This document shows positions 54,218 to 64,000 of a DNA stretch of 64,000 nt, piece by piece. The notes under the pieces were generated by a model. That model searched no databases. It saw nothing but the letters and a program-made list of their open reading frames with translations, and was not told where the DNA came from. The DNA lies in NCBI RefSeq assembly GCF_964355755.1, contig NC_092677.1:14592101-14656100 (forward strand), read 5' to 3'. The first letter of the stretch is position 1. Every line of letters begins with the position of its first letter. Position numbers and translations under genes: made by a program. This DNA is from Antedon mediterranea. Its lineage: Eukaryota > Animalia > Echinodermata.

Positions 54218-56233
54218 AAATTAGGTATAAACTTTCAATTTTTTTAATTCCCACATCATTAAAACAAATAATACGCCTATTAGGCACTTTGACACTACAA
54301 AATTAACTTTTAACCAATTGTAAAGTTTATCCAAACTACAATATCCAAATGAGAGGTATCAGATTTTACCTTATTTAGGTCTTTTTATTTCATCATTTAT
54401 TTTCCATTTTTAAGAAGAAAAAAAAGGCAGCAGCAAAATAAATGTTTTTAGTTTTAATGGTCATCAATTGAAATGAACTACTTAATGGATTATTAAACGA
54501 CTGATTGATTACTATATTGATTGGTCAGTCAGTTATTCAATCTATCAATCAGATCTATCTGTTCCGATCGATGGGTTGATTGATTGATGTGTAGGATATA
54601 TATAAAGAATATTGATTTTAAGTCACTTCTATGAGGTTGTATGTTGTTCAAAATGTCCTCATAAATATACATAGGGGCCTATATAATAAAGAAAAAATAA
54701 TTAGGCTTGTGGAAATATTATACATGATTTATTAATTAATAATAATATTAACTTCTAATTAATTGTGTATCCGTTGATTATATACTTGGTCTAATAAAAT
54801 GTTTGATATGTTTCATTTCACAAACCGGACAAACAAGACTTTAATTTTTCCTGTCTGGTAATCATATGACTTCTTGTACTAAGAACATTTTAACAAATGT
54901 TGGCACACTGTATTTCCTTATTGAGTGTTATATTATTAAATAAATTTATAGGATCGCTGGATACTAGTTGTTTGACAATCAAAATTAAGTGATAAATGAA
55001 CTCATACTTTCTAATTCCTCTTTCATGTTGCTGTGAACTCTGAAATTTACACACACCAGGGCGTGAAACCATCATTTTGTTTTGTGTGTGTGCGCGCCCA
55101 TGTACATGAAAACCAGCGTTAGTTCCTAAACAAATAAGAGTTTGGTAGATACAGTAGATTACTCAATTGATTTGGATTTAGCTAGATATAATTGTTTAAA
55201 TTATATAGTATTATTTAAGTTCCAGACTTCAGACCATATGAATGATTATTTAAATTTAAATTTCTTATCAGGCATATATAATTCTCTCAATATTGTTTCA
55301 TTTGTCTGGTTGTTTGTCTGTATGTTGTATTTCTGCCAATTTTAGAAAGGGCGCTTGATTTTCACTTCCAAATTCAGAACCATGTGAGTGTAATGCCCTA
55401 TGTACTTCAAATATCTTTTGATACTAATTTTTTGTCTTGGAGAACTACCAAAATTGAAAGTACATCATACTCACATGTCATAATAATATTTGAATCTACA
55501 TACTTTTTCATAAAATAAAGAGGTTATTTGTCTTGGAATTGGTTGTGTGACTTGCATGCTTACCACTTATTGTAGGTCATTGGTTCTACTCCATTTTGAA
55601 TCTTGTAAGCATAGTCCCACTTCAAAACTACTAAAGTTCATTCAAGTCCAAGTGTTGTTGCCAAATTCATTGTCTACTAACTTCATAATTGACGCTCTGC
55701 CCATAGTTTCTGTAATTGTTGTTTTAAAATATAAAACCAAACACTATTAAAGAAGGTATCTATTGCAATATCGGATAAAACAAATGTAATTTACAGTCAA
55801 GTTTATGTACCGCTACATGATGTGAAGAATGAATTTAGTCACAGAAACAAAAGCAATTGTCTTTATAAGTTATTACCTGACCTAGATTATCACCAATGGT
55901 GTCCTGATAATGTAACATGTTTTTTTATCGTTTTTTATTCAGATCAATTTTAGTGTCTTTTTTATCATATCGCATCCTTATTCTTTGTTTTTAAATCATA
56001 AAATTCTAGATTAATCAATATATGCATAACAACTGTATATCAATGATTTTTCTTTCTGATATATGCTGAATTAATAAATACATAAGTATACTAATGATTG
56101 TTTAATATGATACAGATGAATCATACATGCATCTGTTTTATTAATAATCTGGAAATACGAGTTTGAAAAAGTTACGAAACGATCTAGATACTGAACAACA
56201 TCCAACAGTTACTTGACCATTGTCCATGCTTTC

Positions 56234-56342
56234 AATAGCCTATTCTTTCTAAAGAGTTCGATATAATATGAAGTGAACACCCCTAAACCACAAATGGTAC
56301 AGTTTGCCAACTATGCCCTTAAATGGAAGTGTCCTACATACA
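56234..56342 (-). repeat. Family X copy
   Basis: AATAGCCTATTCTTTCTAAAGAGTTCGATATA...TGAACACCCCT...AAATGGTACAGTT...GCCCTTAAATGGAAG, collinear with the 3662-3820 copy. Confidence 0.65.
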
Positions 56343-58196
56343 ATCTTCTTTAGGCTTTTAAATACCATGTTATCAAAACATTTTTTTCTTATTTTACTGA
56401 GTAACATTGAACTTATTCTGAACTATAATTGTTAATTTATTTCTTTATTAATGTTTTCTAACATGAATAATTAAACTTCAATTGTTGATTGGATTATTTA
56501 TCATCATTTTATTGATAATTCTAAAAGACACACAGACAACAGGCAATTGTTTAAAAAAAATGAAAATTTTTATTTATATTGATGGTAAGATAAAACTTAT
56601 ATAGCATTTTACCTTTTTCTTTGGTATTTTGGCCTTGGTAGTCATGGCGTTCTAATTTTAAGTATAAAAGAAGCAGTTGCCATTAGATACTAATCGATAT
56701 TACGAGGACTTGGTAATTTTGTTGAATATGGAAATATATATTTTATATTATTGAACATTAAAAATAATGATGCTATTGTAGTTGGTTGTCAAAAGATAGA
56801 TTACTTAATTTCCTCTTGTTTGACTTCATATTGAGATATTTATTAGGCAAATATGGTTTTAGATCAAGGCTAAATTACAGAATTTGTTAATGTTCTCAGC
56901 GTGCATCAAATAAGCTTGTTTAATTTGGAAAAAGTTTGTGCATTTCAAAAACCTATACACTTTTTGGAATTTATCAGCAATCTGAATTTTATGACTTTTA
57001 GATGTGTTTTTTACATTTTTTACCTTCTTATTTTTAGTGTTTTGTATTTGTTGTCTTGTTTTGCCCTGCATATGCTTGGTTCTCCAAGCTGTCACCTGGG
57101 ATGTTTGTTACATTCATATGTTTTTTTAAAAATAAAGGATGATTTTACAAGACTTATCTTTATATGACACATTCTAAGATTCAACTTAAATACACGTATG
57201 GTCTGTCTGTTAACATACTGGATTCAATGAAGGGGTGACTACATCAAGCAGGAAAGAATTTTCTTAGAAACATCAGTGTAGTTGGACTGATATAATTGCA
57301 CATATATTAGTATATACATATTGTTTGAAAGTAGGAAAACCTAACCAAGTACTAACATATAAGTTGAAAAAGGTAATTTAGGAAGACCCGTTTAGGAAGC
57401 CCATTTAGGGAAGCCCTTTTAAGAGTGTTTTACAATATGAGTTGGTGACAAAAAATGAATGTGATGAGGAGTGTTGATTTTTATCTATGTCCCATACACT
57501 GATAAATTAAGGTGATATTAAAATATAATAATGACATAAGTCTAATCATTATATATTTTGGATGCAAATTCATTTAGGCCTATGGAAAATCTAATGATTG
57601 TTGCTAAGGATTACCGTTGATACAGTAGTGGGTAATAATTAGAATTACATTGATTATGATAAGTATATTTATTGCTGTATGATGTTGTGTTCCAGTAGGA
57701 GGTACTGTATAATATATATATGATATGATTAAATAGTTTATAAACTCACTTAACTACATTTTATTATAAACCCATTTAATAGTAACAAGAATTATTTATA
57801 TTGATAAAATATGATGGCGGTAAGGTTTTATATGTTGCAGCGATAATGGTTACGATCATTAGTAACTAGTATCTGATCTTGATGCGGCATCACCTTCCAT
57901 CATACGCAATATTTTACAATCACATTGAAGTTATCCGCTCATCAGCCATGTTCTTTTAATCAAAAAGATTAACGAGTATGTATCAACCTGATATTATTGT
58001 AATTGTTGATATCACCATGGTGATATTCATGAAATCGGGTAAACGGTATGCATATGGAATACACTGGGTTTTAAAAATAGGCTGTAACAAGAACATTTTT
58101 TGATCCAAAAAGATAAATAATTATGGTAAAATAGGCCTACGTGTGTTTGACATTAGTTGTAATAATAAACTAGCTTACTATTTTGTAATGCTCAAA

Positions 58197-58287
58197 AGCT
58201 CTGTCTACACTTTCAAACTAGTTTGACCAAAAAAGTGTGATGTGCCCAAATATGGTAGTGATATTCCCAAAATGGTGGTGTGGAGCT
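58197..58287 (+). mobile_element. Same MITE family, internally deleted copy
   Basis: AGCTCTGTCTACACTTTCAAACTAGTTTGACCAAAAAAGTGTGATGTGCCCAAATATGGTAGTGATATTCCC..., ending in a degraded TIR GTGTGGAGCT followed by TTA. Confidence 0.7.
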
Positions 58288-58304
58288 TTAGCCTGCACGT
58301 TGGA

Positions 58305-58445
58305 TTATCATAATCACTGTGTCATCATCATCAACATCATTATCATCGTCATCATCATCATAATCATCACCATCAAAATCGTAATCACCATCATCAATGT
58401 CATCATCATCATCAACATATAATCATCACATCAATATCATTGATT
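58305..58445. repeat. Degenerate (CAT)n microsatellite
   Basis: Long interrupted CAT/CAA/AAT triplet run. Confidence 0.9.
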
Positions 58446-59395
58446 ATAAATTCCATCAATTATCAACATAGATATTCATTAAGTTTATCATTATCAAAAC
58501 TTGTGATAAAAACATGTGATTTAATTGTAATGCTAGTACCTTACTACTCGCCATTAATCATTTTCACTATTCATTAAAATATTGTCATTAACTTGAACAG
58601 TTTCAGCAATTAATTATGAAATCAATAACAAAATTATATGAATTTTAATTCACTTTATGCTGGTAAATCATTTTGCCACGTACAACATTTTCCCTCGATC
58701 CGTTTCCAATCGAAATTAATTTGGCTTTTGAATTTAACGTTTAAGTTTAGGTACAATTTTGGCTGTGAAAGGCATTTAGTCAAATAGATATTGATTCTTC
58801 TGTTCGTGGGTTGCTATTAACCGGTCTGCTTGCAACATTACTCCTGCCATGCCACAGGGTACAGATGTGAAAATAAGCAAGACCGTGTTAATGGCTCCAT
58901 AGAAAGAAACACGAGTTTTGTTTGTATTGCTAATAATACATACTATCATCTGTATAATTTATAAAGTTCTTAGTACAGTTCTCGCCTGCGGATGATAGAA
59001 ACATATACGACGTGCCGTTTGCAAAACATTTATCATAGAATGTGACTTTATCAGTATAATGCCCATGATGCATCAGCGTGTTTTTTTTCTTGTTCTTCTG
59101 TAAGTTTACTGATACATTATTGTATCCACTTAGTTAGAATATCAACCAGATTTTAAACCAGAATAATGCAGTTTGTTATATTCTATTTTATGTTTTCAAT
59201 TTACAATTGTTGTTTATTGATTTGTCGTTTGTTTTGGGGTTGTTTTGGGGTTGTTTTGTGTTTGTTGGTACTTGATACTTTGTATATATAGCAGAAAATA
59301 CTGTCATACTCTCTTGATTATTTCGTTCATCTCATTTTCCATTTTGTATTCAAATATGGTTTTTAAACTAAATTTATTATGTTTATAATATGTTT

Positions 59396-59474
59396 TCCTC
59401 AGGATGCGAACCCGTGACCCTGGGATTTGTAAGCAAGCTTTCCATACTACTACCATCAGTTCCACCCTACTGCC
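59396..59474 (-). mobile_element. tRNA-derived SINE head or tRNA pseudogene
   Basis: Minus strand has a degenerate A-box region (GTGGAACTGATGGTAG) and a B-box GGTTCGCATCC (59402-59412) at tRNA-like spacing; no complete cloverleaf. Confidence 0.5.
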
Positions 59475-59931
59475 ATGCATACTTATTGCAGCACTTTCAA
59501 GATCAAAATCAATTTAATTCAAATTTGATCAATTCATCATATAATCTAAAAAATTTAATTCAGTTTAATAATTCAATAAAATGTGCTATTTACATCTTAC
59601 AACTGGATTTACAACTCTTAATAAGATTTAACCTAATCAATCAATCTCTTAGTTTAGCGGGGTGAACATCATTAATAGCAAATTAATTTAATTTAAACCA
59701 TAGAAATGTTATAATGAATATGATTTGTAATAAATAACTTTAATAATCAAAAATTGATTTTTACACATTATACAAATATTGATTTAAAAATGAAACTCAG
59801 ATTTACTTGGATTTATTTCAATTTGGATATATCCAAGTTCACACATAGAATACAAGTATATGTTATTATTTGTATTCATATATCTGTTCAGTGTTTGTTT
59901 AAAGGCTCAGAGGAAAATATTTGTCTTTAAT

Positions 59932-60178
59932 ATTTCTTCAAGATTATCTTTTATAGTGTTTCCATGACCTAGGTCAACAGCAATTTAAAGAGGTAATCAA
60001 TATAGATTTAAAAAAGGAAATATTGTATCTTCTTAATTGAGAAGAAACTTTGCTAATGTTTATTTCTAGAAGATTATATTTTATATCATGTGGCTGACCT
60101 AGCCTCAAGGCAAGCTAAAGAGTTATAATCAATATATCTTTTTGAAAGGAACATTACTTCTCTATATTAACAGAAATA
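59932..60178. repeat. Degenerate tandem duplication, period ~130 bp
   Basis: ATTTCT..AAGATTAT.TTTTATA...TGACCTAG...TAAAGAG...TAATCAATATA...AAAGGAA occurs twice. Confidence 0.65.
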
Positions 60179-60552
60179 TATCTGTATTAAGATTGGTTGT
60201 ATTAGAAAAAAGAAGAAAAGGTGTGTTGTGAAAAGAGTGAAAAAGTCTTGATGATGAGGTGTATCTGGTGAAGTTTTGAAGATCTTTTAGTAGATGTGGC
60301 AAAGAGAAGTACTTCAAAGAGAAATGCTTCCAGATTGTTATGCCAAATGGAATAATTCAAAACATTTGAAAAAGAGTTTAGGTCTGGAAAGTGGTGAAAG
60401 ATAAAGCTTGGTACTGGGAAGATATGAAGAAATATAGTAACTGATTAAATTGCACAAAGTCCAAGTGGAAAAAAGAAACTCATTCCTGGTACATCCTATA
60501 AATGCATGATTTAATATTTCCAGGCTAGGCTAGATTGTGTTAAGGAGTCTTA

Positions 60553-60666
60553 AGCTCTGTCTACACTATCAAACAAAATTTCATGTGCCCATCCATATAT
60601 GAACATGATAATATCATTTCACACTTTTTTACCAAACTACTGTAGTTTGAAAGTGTAGACAGAGTT
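60553..60666. mobile_element. PIF/Harbinger-like MITE, both TIRs present
   Basis: AGCTCTGTCTACACTATCAAAC ... GTTTGAAAGTGTAGACAGAGTT, ~22-bp imperfect TIR next to TTA/TAA on the left. Same terminus recurs at 3331, 8629 and 58197. Superfamily is inferred from terminus style. Confidence 0.75.
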
Positions 60667-61108
60667 TTTGAAATGCCATTAGCAACTCCTCAGAATTATT
60701 TAGTCTCACACATCGCAAGAAATGTATTATTACTTTTAAAAAATTAAAATTTATAGAAAATTCAAAATGTGTATTGATTTTTATGAATGATTTGACAGTA
60801 TTGCAAGTTTGCGAAGATGGATAACCAACTGACAGTAAATATTAAATTATATTATGCATTCGTGTCCAAATAAGCTAGCCACGAGCAAAACTTGCAACAG
60901 TATCAAGTTTAAATATTCAAACTATTTTGCATTATTTTTGGATACGTTTCCGGGAGCAGAATGATTAGCGGCTGGGCTAGGCCTGGTTAGGAAATGTCAA
61001 CTAAGGTTCGGTACCTATGTCTGTGATGTGGCATCGACGGGCATATTTGGTTTGTGTGCTGTTGTCTGCCTCGCATGGGGTGATATGATAATTTTTCACC
61101 AGTAGGGG

Positions 61109-61556
61109 TGTCACGAACTCCTCTCACGTATGTTTCCGAGCGGTTGAAAATACTTTAGGAACTCCCTTGTGACATAAAAGTATACACACAAAATCCACAA
61201 AGTTGTAAAATAACTCAAAAACAAAGCTTTAATTTCAATCAACTTCAACTTTCAACAATCCAGTAAGCACTTTAAACAACAGCTTCACAATGACTTTACA
61301 ATATAACATCCAACCTCTATTCCAACAACCTTACAATAGTTTACATCCCTTTATATACAAGATGCTCCTATCCTTCTAGATCATTCTTTATACTTCTCAT
61401 TATTACATGATTACAGTTTCTATTAATAGCACTTCTGGAATGTTCTTGATTGTTCTTATTAATTATACATGGTTTATTAAATCAAAACATCTTATTCTAG
61501 AATGTTCATGTAAATACTATGTTACTCTATATGTTAGGGAATGGTAATTTATTACA
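61109..61556 (-). repeat. 3' long terminal repeat (~448 bp)
   Basis: Starts TGTAAT immediately after the PPT on the minus strand. Contains TATATAAA (61350-61357), ATTAAA (61228-61233) and a GT-rich U5-like tract, and ends GTGACA (61109-61114). The distal boundary is inferred because the 5' LTR is outside the window. Confidence 0.75.
61350..61507 (-). promoter_or_regulatory. LTR U3 promoter: three heat-shock elements plus TATA box
   Basis: Plus-strand TTCtaGAAtgTTC (61495-61507), TTCtgGAAtgTTCttGATtgTTC (61433-61455) and TTCtaGATcaTTC (61374-61386). All lie upstream, in element orientation, of TATATAAA at 61350-61357. Confidence 0.7.
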
Positions 61557-61570
61557 CTCCCCCCTCTTTC
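61557..61570 (-). other. Polypurine tract (plus-strand priming site)
   Basis: Minus strand reads GAAAGAGGGGGGAG directly followed by TGTAAT. Confidence 0.9.
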
Positions 61571-61785
61571 TGAGCTCAAAACTCATTCTTGGAGTTTTGA
61601 GGGGCAAGTATACACGGACGTGGCAAAATATAACATTTTCGACCTAGAAACCCTGTTTAATATATGAATATAAATTCAAACTACATTACGTGAAAACCAA
61701 ATTCTCATTACAAACAAAATGTAAGAAACAAGTAACTTATAAACATTAAAACCTATTTTGTCTATTTTATAAAGTAACCCTTGCT

Positions 61786-63999
61786 TTAAGTTAATGGTTT
61801 TCGTGACAATCCGTCAGCATTACCATTAGAAATACCCCTTCTATGTACAACAGTAAAGCAATAAGGTTGTAAATCAAGACTCCATCTAGTTAGTCTTTTG
61901 TTTGTCTCTTTCATTTCAACCAACCATTTGAGTGGTTGATGGTCAGTAACTATCTTAAATTTTCTGCCTAGTAGATAATATCGCAGACTTTCGACAGCCC
62001 ATTTTATAGCTAAACACTCTTTCTCTATAGTTGCATAATTCTGTTCTCTTGGGAACATCTTACGACTAAGATACAATACTGGATGGTCAGTACCATCAGG
62101 ACCTAGTTGACTAAGTACTGCACCTAACCCTCGATCTGACGCATCTGTTTGCAGTATAAACTCTGCATTAAAATCTGGGTTTCGTAACACAGGGTCTGAA
62201 CATAACGCCTGTTTTAACTTTACAAGTGCATCTTCGCACTCAGGCGTCCATTTGATTTTATCTGGATGTTTTTTCCCCGTCAGATCAGTTAGAGGTGCTG
62301 CAATGTCAGCATAATTAGGAATAAACTTTCGGTAGTATCCTGTCAGGCCAAGAAAAGATTTAACATCCTTCTTAGTTTTAGGTTTTTCCCATTGTACTAC
62401 CGCTTCTACCTTAGTCTTTTGAGGACGTATCATTCCCTCTCCAACTACATACCCTAAATAATGCACTTTACTATGTGCGAAACTACATTTTGCAGGTTTG
62501 ACTGTCAGATTAGCTTGCTTGAGGGTCTGAAAAATGTCCCTAAGATGATGGATATGACTTTCCCAGTCTGGACTAAATATTACCAGATCATCCATATAAG
62601 CTGCTGCATAAGATTCTTTCTTGCGCAACAGTTGATCCATCATTCTTTGAAACGTTGCAGGAGCCCCATGCAAGCCAAATGGTAAATACTTAAATTGATA
62701 CAAACCCATTGGTGTTGAAAAAGCTGTATATGGTTTTGACCGTTCAGTTAATGGAACCTGCCAGTAACCTTTACATAAATCTAACTTCGTTATAAATTTA
62801 GCAGGACCAACCCTGCCTATTATTTCATCTATTCGAGGCATTGGATATGCATCAAACTTGCTCAAGCTATTCACTTTTTTGTAATTTACGCAAAAGCGAG
62901 CTGTACCGTCCGGCTTTGGTACCATGATATAAGGAGAGGACCAGGGACTGTGAGACTCTTCTATTACCCCAAGTTCCAACATAGATTCTATCTCTTCTTT
63001 TACTTTGCCTAACTTAGCCTGAGGAATTGGATAAGCTCTTAATCTAACTGGGTGTACCCCTAGGTTCATTTCAATATCATGCTTTATTACAGTAGTTTTC
63101 CCTGGCTTGTCCTGTAACACTGAGTCAAATTCAGAAAACACCTCCGCTAAATCTGAAAGCTGAGATTCATCTAATCCTTCACCAGAATCTAAGGTTAAAT
63201 TGGAACTAGAAATATTTGACCAAGAAATGTCCTTATCCTGACCCTCGTCTTGTCCAGTTACATCATTTATAGCCAGCATAACCTCAATAGTTCTACGATG
63301 AAATTGTTTTAAAAGATTTATGTGGTAGACTTTTGACTTTTTCCGTTTATCATTAGTTTCCACCTCATAGTTTACTGGACCTAGTTTCCTTAAAACCTTG
63401 TAAGGACCTTGCCATTTTGCCTCTAATGCATCGTTACTAGATGGTAAGAGTAATAGGACTTCATCACCTGGACTAAATTCTCTACAAACAGATTTCTTAT
63501 CATATTTTTGTTTTTGCCTTGTTTGGGATAGTTCAATGTTTTCCTGGACTAGATCTTTCATTGAAGTTAACCTATCTCTCATTTTAACAACGTGTGAAAC
63601 CACACTTTGAGGACCTGTCACCGTGCCTGTCCACATTTCTTTCATTATATCAAGTGGACCTCGTACCTTCCAACCATACAATAATTCAAATGGAGAGAAC
63701 CCAGTTGACTCCTGCGGTACCTCCCTATAAGCAAATAATAGGTATGGAAGCAATTTATCCCATTCTCGGGGATCATCCTGAACAAATTTTCTAATCATAG
63801 CCTTGAGGGTGCCATTAAATCTTTCCACTAATCCATCGGTTTGTGGATGGTAGGGAGAAGTAGTCAAGCCCTTAATTGAAAGTAACTTATAAATTTGACT
63901 CAACAACTTAGAGGTAAAGTTAGAGCCTTGATCGGTTAAAATTTCTGTTGGTACCCCTACCCTGGAAAATAATTTAATCAACTCATCCGCTATCTTTGG
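61786..63999 (-). CDS. pol: Ty3/gypsy (Gmr1-type) Pol polyprotein, 5'-partial: integrase core and GPY/F, then reverse transcriptase, then RNase H
   Basis: Uninterrupted ORF, still open at the window edge (PKIADE precedes the annotated TTG). Integrase motifs ILTDQGSNFTS and SPYHPQTDGLVERFNGTLK, GPY/F motif WQGPYKV. RT motifs LDLCKGYWQVPL, LPFGLHGAPATFQ, YMDD. RNase H motifs TDASDRGLGAVL, EKECLAI, TDHQPL, NADGLSR. Confidence 0.97.
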   Translation of the reverse strand, partial: PKIADELIKLFSRVGVPTEILTDQGSNFTSKLLSQIYKLLSIKGLTTSPYHPQTDGLVERFNGTLKAMIRKFVQDDPREWDKLLPYLLFAYREVPQESTGFSPFELLYGWKVRGPLDIMKEMWTGTVTGPQSVVSHVVKMRDRLTSMKDLVQENIELSQTRQKQKYDKKSVCREFSPGDEVLLLLPSSNDALEAKWQGPYKVLRKLGPVNYEVETNDKRKKSKVYHINLLKQFHRRTIEVMLAINDVTGQDEGQDKDISWSNISSSNLTLDSGEGLDESQLSDLAEVFSEFDSVLQDKPGKTTVIKHDIEMNLGVHPVRLRAYPIPQAKLGKVKEEIESMLELGVIEESHSPWSSPYIMVPKPDGTARFCVNYKKVNSLSKFDAYPMPRIDEIIGRVGPAKFITKLDLCKGYWQVPLTERSKPYTAFSTPMGLYQFKYLPFGLHGAPATFQRMMDQLLRKKESYAAAYMDDLVIFSPDWESHIHHLRDIFQTLKQANLTVKPAKCSFAHSKVHYLGYVVGEGMIRPQKTKVEAVVQWEKPKTKKDVKSFLGLTGYYRKFIPNYADIAAPLTDLTGKKHPDKIKWTPECEDALVKLKQALCSDPVLRNPDFNAEFILQTDASDRGLGAVLSQLGPDGTDHPVLYLSRKMFPREQNYATIEKECLAIKWAVESLRYYLLGRKFKIVTDHQPLKWLVEMKETNKRLTRWSLDLQPYCFTVVHRRGISNGNADGLSRKPLT

Positions 64000-64000
64000 A

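Larger units (their letters stand above)
61109..64000 (-). mobile_element. Gmr1-like Ty3/gypsy LTR retrotransposon, 3' portion (continues beyond the window)
   Basis: Pol ORF followed on the minus strand by a ~215-bp 3' UTR, a polypurine tract and an LTR-like segment bounded by TG...CA. Confidence 0.93.

Noticed and set aside
58237-58422. Ile-rich ORF
   Set aside because: Artefact of the (CAT)n microsatellite plus a MITE fragment.
60200-60480. Purine-rich tract whose minus strand faintly resembles a LINE ORF2 end (GITIWKHF); similar hint at 4920-5060 (LFKSKIKNFW)
   Set aside because: Too degenerate, and needs frameshifts, to support without a profile search.
62461-63794. Two plus-strand ORFs inside pol
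   Set aside because: Antisense shadows of the retrotransposon ORF with no recognisable motifs.

Overview
AT-rich (roughly 70% by eye), CpG-poor animal genomic DNA, almost entirely non-coding. It reads like a very large intron or intergenic interval of a marine invertebrate; a deuterostome is suggested by the Gmr1-type element but not proven. The only clear protein-coding sequence is the 3' part of an intact Ty3/gypsy LTR retrotransposon at the right end (minus strand). It has the Gmr1-type integrase-before-RT order, a polypurine tract and a ~448-bp 3' LTR whose U3 carries three heat-shock elements upstream of a TATA box. The rest holds small mobile-element relics (Harbinger-, hAT-, pogo/Tc1-, Kolobok- and Helentron-like MITEs, LINE/SINE ends), mini- and satellite arrays, and short perfect palindromes. 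There is also an unclassified dispersed ~160-bp repeat with a splice-donor-like motif and a covarying palindrome, and a strong excess of TACAGTA/TACTGTA and TAGGCCTA words that look like transposon excision scars. A possible signal-peptide-encoding host exon lies at 7286-7493. I found no CRISPR array, rRNA or intact tRNA. No new multi-gene system can be supported; the best leads are the heat-shock LTR, the unclassified repeat family and the scar-like motifs.
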